From positions 144,933 to 208,932 of IMG/VR virus record IMGVR_UViG_3300035703_000008: a stretch of 64,000 nucleotides of DNA, one strand, 5' to 3'. The notes under the pieces are model-generated. The model was not told the origin of the DNA and searched no databases. It saw only the letters and a program-made list of their open reading frames with translations. The position numbers and the translations under genes are program-made. Of the stretch, positions 1-8,316 are shown in pieces (the stretch's first letter is position 1; each line of letters begins with the position of its first letter).

Positions 1-4
1 ACCA

Positions 5-1327
5 ATGGCGGCACCAGCTGTGCTGAAAGCATCTCTATCTCGTGCCGGCATCAAGTCTACAGCGTTAGATCTAAATATTGAAGTATTAGTCAAAGTCCGA
101 TCCCACCATGAAGAAAAAGCCATTAGAAAATTCTTCAACAAACAGGAAGCAGAGGACTGGATAGTACACGAAATATCCAAGATATTGTTATATTGTGCCA
201 ATCGAATTACTGCATTGAAACCCACAGTGATTGCATTGAGTTTGTTGACATTCCAGGCTCAAAATTTTACTTTATGGTTATGCCTTTTGTTGCGCCAACT
301 TTGCCCGGATGCAAGAATAGTAATCGGCGGCCCTGGAATAAAAAACCTAGTGGCTAACTTTGATGATAAGTTCCGAGATCTAGCATTGGAAAAAGGATTG
401 ATCGATCATTATATCACCGGAGATGGCGATCAAGCATTGATAGAATATGTAAAAGGCAATTATGACTTTCCCGGTATCAACACAGACCATTGGGAACCAG
501 TCAAAGATTTAGATTCGTTACCGTATCCAGATTGGTCCGATTATAATTTTTATCTTTATTCGCAAACCTACATGCCTTTGGTTGATGCCAAAGGCTGCGT
601 GAGAAACTGTGAATTTTGTGATATCATTGAGTTTTGGGAAAAATTCCAGGCTAGAAAAGCTGAAAATATTTTCAAAGAAATGTTACATCAGATATCTCAA
701 TACGGCTATCGAGATTTTGATTTCAGAAGTAGTTTATCAAACGGCAATCTCAAAGAGTTCAAAAAATTGCTATCTCTGATGTATGAGTATAATCTATCTA
801 AACCTTACAGACCAGAACAGATTAGCTGGAATGCATCATTTATAGTCAGACAAAAGAGTCAACACCCAGAATCGATGTGGCAACAAATGGGAGCTACTCA
901 TGCTACATTGAGTCTAGGCGTAGAAAGTGTGGTGCCTCACATCAGGCAGGATCTGGGTAAACACTTTGAAAACGAAGACATCGACTGGCACCTTGAAATG
1001 GCTAAAAAATACAATGTCAAGATTATCATGATGATCATCACCGGCTATCCAACTGAAACAAGAGAAGATTGGGAATTTACCAAGCAATGGTTCAGAGATC
1101 GAGCTCAATATAAAGATATCATGACACGTCTTTTTTTGACCCCGGCTGGCATTTTACCCGGAACTGGCTTGCATAGGAATTCTGAATCGCATGGTATTAT
1201 ATGGATCGGGAAACCCAATATTGGAAATTGGCAAACTAAAAATATAGGCCGCGAAGAAAGACTAGAGTATCATTCAGAATTGGTTTTATTGTGCAAAGAT
1301 CTAGGATTCAATCTCGATGCTTACTAA
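5..1327 (+). CDS. B12-binding-domain radical SAM protein (probably 5'-truncated by window edge)
   Basis: CxxxCxxC motif (GCVRNCEFC); N-terminal cobalamin-binding-like segment (VIALS...IVIGGP); LDSLPYPDW, LGVES and ITGYPTET motifs typical of class B radical SAM; the frame is open to the window start. Confidence 0.85.
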   Translation: MAAPAVLKASLSRAGIKSTALDLNIEVLVKVRSHHEEKAIRKFFNKQEAEDWIVHEISKILLYCANRITALKPTVIALSLLTFQAQNFTLWLCLLLRQLCPDARIVIGGPGIKNLVANFDDKFRDLALEKGLIDHYITGDGDQALIEYVKGNYDFPGINTDHWEPVKDLDSLPYPDWSDYNFYLYSQTYMPLVDAKGCVRNCEFCDIIEFWEKFQARKAENIFKEMLHQISQYGYRDFDFRSSLSNGNLKEFKKLLSLMYEYNLSKPYRPEQISWNASFIVRQKSQHPESMWQQMGATHATLSLGVESVVPHIRQDLGKHFENEDIDWHLEMAKKYNVKIIMMIITGYPTETREDWEFTKQWFRDRAQYKDIMTRLFLTPAGILPGTGLHRNSESHGIIWIGKPNIGNWQTKNIGREERLEYHSELVLLCKDLGFNLDAY

Positions 1328-1721
1328 TAATCTGACATTGACGTTCTGTTCCGAGAAGCGGTCTCATGATCTAGCTATAACGCTGAAAGATCGGAATAAT
1401 ACAATAATCAATACGATTACATTTGAAGACGATACAAAGAAATCAACAACATTCGATTTATCGTTTCCTAATACATTGAAAATCAAACTAACAAATGCCG
1501 CAGATGGTAATTTTTCAGTGCATCTCGAAAGTGTGAAATTATCTGGATTATACCTGACAGATCAAATCCTTGATCAGATATGTCATGTACACTTTCTGGA
1601 TTCAGATACCACATTGGTATCGCGGACATGGAATCAGTCTGGCGTAATATCGATTGACTTCTTTGCGGCTGATTGGATACAATATCATTTACTATACGGA
1701 AACAAGATTACTAAGTCATGA
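1317..1721 (+). CDS. hypothetical protein
   Basis: 134 aa ORF overlapping both neighbours; AT-rich like the upstream radical SAM gene. Confidence 0.7.
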   Translation: MLTNNLTLTFCSEKRSHDLAITLKDRNNTIINTITFEDDTKKSTTFDLSFPNTLKIKLTNAADGNFSVHLESVKLSGLYLTDQILDQICHVHFLDSDTTLVSRTWNQSGVISIDFFAADWIQYHLLYGNKITKS

Positions 1722-3481
1722 TCCAGATCAAAGACCTTACAGTCAAAAACTTTATGAGCGTAGGCAATGCCACACAGGCCGTCAACTTTGATCGAAAAGA
1801 TCTCACCTTGGTACTGGGCGAAAACTTGGATCTCGGTGGCGATGGTAGCAGGAACGGCACGGGCAAAACCACAATCATCAATGCTCTTTCGTATGCCCTA
1901 TACGGACAAGCCTTGACTAACATCCGACGAGATAATCTCATCAACAAGACCAATGGCAAAAACATGTTGGTGAGTTTGGACTTCTCTGTGAACAGTCAGG
2001 ACTATCGTGTGGAACGAGGCCGTAAGCCAAACATCCTCAAATTTTATGTCAATTCAGAAGAAAAACAAGCGTCCGACGACAGCCAAGGTGACAGTCGTGA
2101 AACACAGGATGCCATAGAATCTGTGCTGGGTATGACGCACGATATGTTCCGGCATATCTTGGCCCTCAATACCTACACTGAACCATTCCTAAGCCTCAAG
2201 GCCAATGACCAGCGTGCCATCATCGAGCAACTGCTAGGTATCACGCTACTAAGTGAGCGTGCCGAAAAGATCAAAGAACTCAATCGTGCCACCCGAGATG
2301 CCATCGCACAAGAAGAATTCCGTATCCGTGCTGTGCAGGAAGCCAATGTCAGGATCGAAGAGCAGATCGTTAGTCTAGAAAAGCGCCGTGACCTTTGGCT
2401 ACGGAAACAACGAGAAGATTGTGCCAATCTAGAATCAGCTATATCCGCGCTGGAGCACATCGATATCGAAGCCGAAGTACAGGCACACCGAGATTTAGAA
2501 CTGTTCCACAGTCGCAAGAAACAGATCGACGAGCATCAGAAGTGGGTGCGACAAATCGATCTCGACGACGCCAAGCTAGAAAAAGATCAAGCCAAGCTAC
2601 AGCGAGACATTGATGCGCTGCGAGAACATCGTTGCCATGCCTGTGGACAAGAATTGCACGATAGCAAGCAAGACGAAATCCTGGCCGAGAAACAAAAGAA
2701 CTTGCAAGAGATCGTGCTGCAACTCTTGGCCAACAGCACCCAGAGGATCGAACATCTCAACGAGATCAGCGACCTTGGCGAACTTGGTGCAGCACCGCAG
2801 GTATTCTACGACGATCTTGAACAAGCACTGGGGCATAAAAACAGCATCGATGGCCTGCGTCGAGATCTTGCTAATCGACAGGCCGAAACTGATCCATACA
2901 CCGAACAAATCGCCGACATGCGCGGTCAAGCCTTGCAAGAGGTCACTTATGACACACTCAATGAACTCACAAGGGTACAGGAACACCAAGACTTCTTGCT
3001 CAAGCTCTTGACCAACAAGGATTCGTTTGTACGCAAGAAGATCATTGATCAGAATCTTTCTTATCTCAATGCCCGACTCACTCACTATCTAGATCGGATC
3101 GGTCTTCCGCACCAAGTGGCTTTCCAAAACGATCTCTCCGTGGAAATCACTGAACTGGGCAGGGATCTAGACTTTGACAACCTCAGTCGTGGCGAGCGTA
3201 ACCGTCTCATACTCTCCATGTCATGGGCATTCCGAGATGTTTGGGAAAGCCTGTATTCGCCCATCAATGTACTGTTCATCGACGAACTCATCGATTCGGG
3301 CATGGACACAGCCGGCATGGAATCCAGCCTAGCTCTTTTGAAGAAGATGAGCCGAGAAAGAAACAAAAGCATTTGGCTGGTGAGCCATCGCGACGAGTTG
3401 GCTGGGCGTGTAGGTAACATCCTGCGCGTGGTCAAAGAAAACGGTTTTACTTCCTATAACATAGACGTGGACATCGCATGA
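1718..3481 (+). CDS. gp46: recombination endonuclease ATPase subunit (T4 gp46 / SbcC-Rad50 family)
   Basis: KNFMSVG N-terminus, Walker A NGTGKTT, coiled coil with CHAC zinc hook, LSRGE signature, Walker B FIDE, VSH motif. Confidence 0.95.
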   Translation: MIQIKDLTVKNFMSVGNATQAVNFDRKDLTLVLGENLDLGGDGSRNGTGKTTIINALSYALYGQALTNIRRDNLINKTNGKNMLVSLDFSVNSQDYRVERGRKPNILKFYVNSEEKQASDDSQGDSRETQDAIESVLGMTHDMFRHILALNTYTEPFLSLKANDQRAIIEQLLGITLLSERAEKIKELNRATRDAIAQEEFRIRAVQEANVRIEEQIVSLEKRRDLWLRKQREDCANLESAISALEHIDIEAEVQAHRDLELFHSRKKQIDEHQKWVRQIDLDDAKLEKDQAKLQRDIDALREHRCHACGQELHDSKQDEILAEKQKNLQEIVLQLLANSTQRIEHLNEISDLGELGAAPQVFYDDLEQALGHKNSIDGLRRDLANRQAETDPYTEQIADMRGQALQEVTYDTLNELTRVQEHQDFLLKLLTNKDSFVRKKIIDQNLSYLNARLTHYLDRIGLPHQVAFQNDLSVEITELGRDLDFDNLSRGERNRLILSMSWAFRDVWESLYSPINVLFIDELIDSGMDTAGMESSLALLKKMSRERNKSIWLVSHRDELAGRVGNILRVVKENGFTSYNIDVDIA

Positions 3482-4041
3482 AATACATGATCACCGGTGG
3501 TAACTCAGGGCTAGGAGCCATACTATGTCAACGATTCGATGGCGACAGTTACAGTCGAGTCAATGGTTACGACATCGGCAAAGACTATCACAAACTCGCT
3601 GGCATCAGCATGGACTACGATGTGTTCATCAACAATGCCTATGACGGAGTACTAGGCGAGAGCTGGCATGGTGTTGGTCAGACACGCTTGCTACACGAAG
3701 TGGCCATGACATGGCAATGCCACAACAAAACCGGATTCATCATCAACATTGGTGGAGTAGGCAGTGAGGATTTGTCAGCACCGTTTCCTGGGTGGGAAAG
3801 CTATAATTCCAATAAACGAGCTCTCAAACACATGAGCTTACAGTGGACCCAGGCATTTAAAAACTCCCAAGTCAAGTTCCGCACGAGCTTGCTAACTATA
3901 GATCGACTGGATAAAAACAGCATCAACGACGGACACGATCTCAACAACATCGCTGATATGATTGAATTGTGTCTGAACGTTCGTGCCAACACCTGCATCG
4001 GAGAAATCAAGGCGTGGGTTAATTTGGATCATAAACAGTAA
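3478..4041 (+). CDS. short-chain dehydrogenase/reductase-like protein
   Basis: TGGNSGLG nucleotide-binding motif, FINNA, IINIG, YxxxK (YNSNK). Confidence 0.8.
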   Translation: MKYMITGGNSGLGAILCQRFDGDSYSRVNGYDIGKDYHKLAGISMDYDVFINNAYDGVLGESWHGVGQTRLLHEVAMTWQCHNKTGFIINIGGVGSEDLSAPFPGWESYNSNKRALKHMSLQWTQAFKNSQVKFRTSLLTIDRLDKNSINDGHDLNNIADMIELCLNVRANTCIGEIKAWVNLDHKQ

Positions 4042-4056
4042 TATCAACGCAACAAT

Positions 4057-4575
4057 ATGCCATCACCAAGCAAAGCCAAAGGCAACTCGTTTGAACGACA
4101 AACTGCAGATTTTCTCACCAATCTCTACGGCGAAAAGTTCATGCGGGTGCCGGGCAGCGGTGCGTACATTGGTGGCAAAAACACACACCGCAAGCAGTTC
4201 CTACACGAAGGCCAGATACGCAGTTTCAAAGGGGATATCATCCCCGGCGAAAGTTTTCCGCGTTTCAATGCCGAGTGCAAATCCTACAAAGACTTTCCTT
4301 TCCATCAACTTTTTTCTGGCTCAGTTAAGATCCTGGACTCATGGATTGATCAATGCGTGGATGTCGCCGACGACGGTGACTTCAACATCATATTCATGAA
4401 GTTCAACAGAAAAGGCACCTTCGTAGCCGTTCAGGCCCAGCCCAACACTTCCCAACTAATTTTTACTCGGCATTTCAACTACACTTCCGGGCTTCGCGGA
4501 CATTGGATGATCATGGATCATGACATGTTCTGGGAGCTCAACTCTGACACAGTCAAGGCAATCTGCAAGGCATAA
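4057..4575 (+). CDS. PD-(D/E)XK nuclease, Holliday junction resolvase-like
   Basis: SKAKGNSFER...RVPGSGA...GDII...ECK pattern of Hjc-like phage resolvases; lies downstream of gp46. Confidence 0.75.
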   Translation: MPSPSKAKGNSFERQTADFLTNLYGEKFMRVPGSGAYIGGKNTHRKQFLHEGQIRSFKGDIIPGESFPRFNAECKSYKDFPFHQLFSGSVKILDSWIDQCVDVADDGDFNIIFMKFNRKGTFVAVQAQPNTSQLIFTRHFNYTSGLRGHWMIMDHDMFWELNSDTVKAICKA

Positions 4576-5031
4576 CAGGCAGTAAGGGCTCGCACAGGCC
4601 GATTTCTTGTGCCCTAGACCTGGACTTCGAGTCGCAGGGATGGAAGACCCACCGCGCCAGTGGGCACTCAACCACTACCCGCAAGGATGAAGATGGCAAA
4701 GACCTGCCGTTTGGTTGTTTGAACAGGATATAAAAGGCCCAATGAGGGGAGCAAAACCCCAGGCACATGCGTGGTGACGGCGTACTACACATGTGTTGCC
4801 GTTGTGATAAGACGGAGTGAGCAGGTACCGGACAACCGCCTGCTTGGAACAAGTGCGTTCCGTAGCTCTAACGCTGTGTGACTGTGCAACTCGGATGATA
4901 CCAGTTTTTTCTTAGCCCTTTGCTGGGCTAAGTGTGACCGCTTAATCTGGATGATACTGATATCTCGCTTGCGCTCGAAATAAATCAGTGATGAGCGCAA
5001 GCGAAATCACTAGAACTGCGCAGCAGTTCTC
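4576..5031 (+). ncRNA. candidate large structured non-coding RNA (or structured cis element/origin)
   Basis: ~455 nt with no credible ORF in a gene-dense genome; more than 12 consecutive hairpins with G-U pairs and a GCAA loop favouring the + strand; internal bipartite direct repeat. Confidence 0.6.
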
Positions 5032-5044
5032 TTAAATAGATCCT

Positions 5045-6298
5045 ATGAACGTTGACAAAAGCACTTTCTGTGCTGCTCCTTGGTTCCAAATCAAAAATAC
5101 CACGCTTGGAAGTTACTGTAGCTGTTGCGAGATAGACCACGACAAAAGCACTTTCTCGGGCAACAAAGATTTCGCTTGGCCCACGCATCTACCATCGCAC
5201 TGGAACAACAGCGATTATGCTCGATACCTTAGGTCTGAGCTCACCAATGGTGTGCGTCTCCCCGAATGTCACAAGTGTTGGAGCAAAGAAGATGCTGGAC
5301 AACAAAGTCTTCGACAAACTATCAATGACACCGTGGCTGGCAATCGACCTTTTGAATCTAGTTGGATGCAATCCTACTTTAGAAAAAAGCAAGATTACGA
5401 ACATGATTTACTTTTGGCTGCCGATGTACAGGTCACCAATCTTTGCAACTTTGGCTGTGTGATGTGTGAGCCGGGTAGCAGCAGCCATCTCTATCGAAGA
5501 TGGCGGAGAGATCAGGACCATCCGTTGATAAAAAAACAGTTGATGATCTTCCCCAACGGCTATCTTGATCAGGTGAAAGAAACATACATCAACAGAAACA
5601 ACTACGAGCTACTGCAACACGTGATAGATCAATCTCCGCGGTACTTGAAGATCATAGGCGGTGAGCCTTTGTTGGATCAGCAGTTGATGTCTGTGTTGTG
5701 CAATCAGCTTCCCGAAGTCAAATCAAAAATCAAACTTTACATCACTACCAATGGGAGCCAAGATCTCTGCCACGCACAACAACGGTTGTCGGGTTACCAG
5801 GAAATTTTTTGGGTAGTCAGTCTAGAGTCCACGGGCAAACTGCAGGACTATGTGAGAAAAGGCAGCGTATGGTCCGAGATCGAGCACAACATTGACAGGT
5901 TTGTAAGCGAACACAGCAGTCAACACCTTTACATAGCCTATGTGATACAGAGTCTCACATTGGCTGGGCTGCCAACATTGTTGGAATGGGCCCAGCAACG
6001 CAACATTCCAGTGGCTACCAGTTTGCTGGCCAAACCTGAATTCATGGATGTTAGATCGTTGCCCACGGAGATGAAATCAAAGTTGATTGATCAATTGTCG
6101 CAGGCAACAAAGTATTCGATACCGCTGGAGATACAAAATCCAGCATCTGTCAATATTGCAGGGTTGTGCGAGCTCATCGGGCGCACCCAGTACGATAGAT
6201 CTGCCATGTTGGATCTACGAGAGTGGTTGGATTGGTACGATCCCGACCAGCAATGGCGAGACATCATTCCCGAGTGGGCACCATATTTCTCGGAGTAA
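5045..6298 (+). CDS. radical SAM protein with N-terminal Twitch/SPASM-like Cys cluster
   Basis: FCAAPW...CSCC...ECHKCW, then CNFGCVMC (CxxxCxxC), GGEPLL, TTNG. Confidence 0.85.
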   Translation: MNVDKSTFCAAPWFQIKNTTLGSYCSCCEIDHDKSTFSGNKDFAWPTHLPSHWNNSDYARYLRSELTNGVRLPECHKCWSKEDAGQQSLRQTINDTVAGNRPFESSWMQSYFRKKQDYEHDLLLAADVQVTNLCNFGCVMCEPGSSSHLYRRWRRDQDHPLIKKQLMIFPNGYLDQVKETYINRNNYELLQHVIDQSPRYLKIIGGEPLLDQQLMSVLCNQLPEVKSKIKLYITTNGSQDLCHAQQRLSGYQEIFWVVSLESTGKLQDYVRKGSVWSEIEHNIDRFVSEHSSQHLYIAYVIQSLTLAGLPTLLEWAQQRNIPVATSLLAKPEFMDVRSLPTEMKSKLIDQLSQATKYSIPLEIQNPASVNIAGLCELIGRTQYDRSAMLDLREWLDWYDPDQQWRDIIPEWAPYFSE

Positions 6299-6823
6299 TC
6301 AGTCATAGTCAACGAGACTGACCAGCGCGATACCTTGCTCGGTGACACGGCGTCGACCAGGCAAGAAATCTAGATTGGCGATCACGCCGGCTGCGAGATG
6401 ATCCACGGCAAAGTGTTGTCTCAAGATTGATGCCACAGCCAGCACGGTACCGCCAGTGGCGATCACGTCATCGACGATGAAAGGACGATCGCCGATCTGC
6501 GCTGATTGTTGAATTTCAATGGTGTCTGAGCTGTATTCAGTGTCGTAATCGGCTGAATATACAGCTCCGGGTAACTTGCCTTTTTTGCGAGCCAGCACCA
6601 AGGGAAATCCGTGTGTGCGTGCCAGGATAGCACCCATGACGAACCCACGGCTTTCAACAGCCACGATGCTGGTAGCACGATGTGCTTTCACATATTTTGA
6701 CATCTCGGTGCAGCAATGATCCAGCACATGTGGCGTGTTGAACACTTGATTGAGATCGAGGAAATCAACACCTTTTTTTGGCCAGTCTTTTACTGTGAGT
6801 ATGTTGTCTCTGATGTTGATCAT
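6299..6823 (-). CDS. apt: adenine phosphoribosyltransferase
   Basis: DWPKKGVDFLD, VESRGF, ARKKGKLPG, TEY and the PRPP motif IVDDVIATGGT; start placed at 6823 (ATGA overlap with the upstream stop). Confidence 0.92.
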   Translation of the reverse strand: MINIRDNILTVKDWPKKGVDFLDLNQVFNTPHVLDHCCTEMSKYVKAHRATSIVAVESRGFVMGAILARTHGFPLVLARKKGKLPGAVYSADYDTEYSSDTIEIQQSAQIGDRPFIVDDVIATGGTVLAVASILRQHFAVDHLAAGVIANLDFLPGRRRVTEQGIALVSLVDYD

Positions 6824-7152
6824 AGTTGGTCGGGCCAATCTCTGAAAAGTGCATGCTGGATGTCACCGGCAACAAACTGGTTGAAACTTTTGTGTTTGGT
6901 CTCGAGCTCGCCTTCTTGTGGCACCACTCTGCGGAAAGCATCATCCATTTGGGCCATGTTTTTGAACTCCATGAGGATCATCCATTCGGGCATGTCTGCG
7001 ATTGAGCGGAAGCCCATCTTGCAGCGTGTGATACGATAACTTTCCATCCGTCCTTCAGAGACCAAATGATCAAAGAAACTACGCATGCCGTTGACCCAGT
7101 CCAGGTCAGATATGTCGCCTTCTTTGTTGGCCCATATAGTGTAAAGATCCAT
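6820..7152 (-). CDS. hypothetical protein, DUF6614-like (by recall)
   Basis: 110 aa; YRITRCKMG...QMDDAF...ALFRDWPD resembles a small bacterial family of unknown function; coupled start/stop with both neighbours. Confidence 0.65.
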   Translation of the reverse strand: MDLYTIWANKEGDISDLDWVNGMRSFFDHLVSEGRMESYRITRCKMGFRSIADMPEWMILMEFKNMAQMDDAFRRVVPQEGELETKHKSFNQFVAGDIQHALFRDWPDQL

Positions 7153-7586
7153 TATTTCAGTGGTCCTAATATTTCAAATCCCTGTATGTCAAGCATATAG
7201 GGTTCTACCGATTCAAAGTACATGAATCGATAACCGCGATCACGATAGATCGCGCACTCGTTTTCCAAACTTCGTATGCCCAGCCTTAACCGGGGATTTC
7301 GATAGTCCCAGGCAAAGTGATCGCTGAGTATGCTTTCTGCGTCCCAGATGCGATACATGCTCCAGGCCACCAAGTGATCCCGATCATAATAACCAATCAA
7401 TTCAGTGTTGGGTGCAGTGAGTCGCCCAGGTACCATGGGCATCACGCTCTGGAAATGCTTGTGGACGCAGTAGTCTCGGTACACTCGTTGCACATCGTTC
7501 ACGGGCACTGGGTCTAGGATCTGTGCCGGGATGTCGTTGACATAGTGCGTGTCCTGGAGATTGATGCGACCAAACTGCCAGCTCAT
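7152..7586 (-). CDS. GNAT-fold protein resembling the C-terminal domain of aminoacyl-tRNA-protein transferases (ATE1/Bpt)
   Basis: YY..DHLVAW...FAWDY.NPRLRLGIRSL..E......GYRFMY matches the ATE_C-type pattern YYxDxxLVA...YDP...SLG...EI......G..Y.Y. Confidence 0.55.
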   Translation of the reverse strand: MSWQFGRINLQDTHYVNDIPAQILDPVPVNDVQRVYRDYCVHKHFQSVMPMVPGRLTAPNTELIGYYDRDHLVAWSMYRIWDAESILSDHFAWDYRNPRLRLGIRSLENECAIYRDRGYRFMYFESVEPYMLDIQGFEILGPLK

Positions 7587-8080
7587 GATCTGGGATCCTC
7601 TCGACCTTCAAACAGCACCGCAAGATAGTCTTCGGACCACCCATCGTAGTAACCTTTGGCAGCGATGAGTCGTGCAAAGTCGTTGAGTTTTGACAAAGGT
7701 TGTACAAAAGTGATGGCCCAGGTGCCTTGATTCATGCACACCCCGTTGATCTCTTCGTGATCGTCGGGGTGATCTGCCAGCGCGATGATGTCGCGACCGA
7801 GTAAAAAACCTGTGTTGAGCTCGCGCACCTGGCGATTGAATTCATCGGCGGTGAAATCTTTGGGATCATAGATGTAACCAATCACCATGAATTCACCAAG
7901 ATCGATCTTTTGTAGATCGGTATAGGGATCAATGATGCCTGGCCGTAGATCCAGTTGGCGATCTAGTCTAGCTTTCCGAGCATACGGACACGGCGGCCAG
8001 CCTTGGAGTCCGGGATTGGGCTGCTCAACGAACCCGGTGATCCAGTTTAAAACATCTTGTTTGGCTTGTACGAAATCCAT
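7583..8080 (-). CDS. hypothetical protein, DUF1415-like
   Basis: W..FVE.....PPCPYA and ADHPD motifs resemble DUF1415 (CPFA...FHP). Confidence 0.55.
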   Translation of the reverse strand: MDFVQAKQDVLNWITGFVEQPNPGLQGWPPCPYARKARLDRQLDLRPGIIDPYTDLQKIDLGEFMVIGYIYDPKDFTADEFNRQVRELNTGFLLGRDIIALADHPDDHEEINGVCMNQGTWAITFVQPLSKLNDFARLIAAKGYYDGWSEDYLAVLFEGREDPRS

Positions 8081-8082
8081 GA

Positions 8083-8316
8083 TTAGAAAAACGGCAGTCC
8101 TGATTTTTTAGTGGTATCGAGATTTTCCTTGATGATACCATTGACTATGTCGCGATCGCTCCAGCTCATCTGCATGGCTTCGCTGATAGTGACGCCTCCG
8201 CGCATGAACCAACACAATTTCAGCGTCTCGGTCTTGATCGCTTTGGCCTCCTTTTCCAGTCGTTCTATGTACTTGACCACGCCCGCGGGGTCTAGGATCA
8301 GGAGGCGGCTTCGAAA
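8083..8316 (-). CDS. baseplate/tail assembly chaperone C-terminal extension (gp51-like), probably expressed by -1 frameshift
   Basis: -1 frame relative to the upstream gene, overlaps it across A-AAT-TTT-TTC, and has no evident RBS/start; content LCWFMRGGVTISEAMQMSWSDR. Confidence 0.65.
   Translation of the reverse strand, partial: FRSRLLILDPAGVVKYIERLEKEAKAIKTETLKLCWFMRGGVTISEAMQMSWSDRDIVNGIIKENLDTTKKSGLPFF

Noticed and set aside
4576-5031. tRNA, tmRNA, RNase P, self-splicing intron or retron as the identity of the structured locus
   Set aside because: No cloverleaf or CCA end, no GAGGAAAGUCC-type RNase P core, no interrupted gene and no reverse transcriptase in the window; an Rfam scan is still needed
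4553-5188. Short minus-strand ORFs across the non-coding locus
   Set aside because: No RBS or promoter, atypical composition, and overlap with real genes
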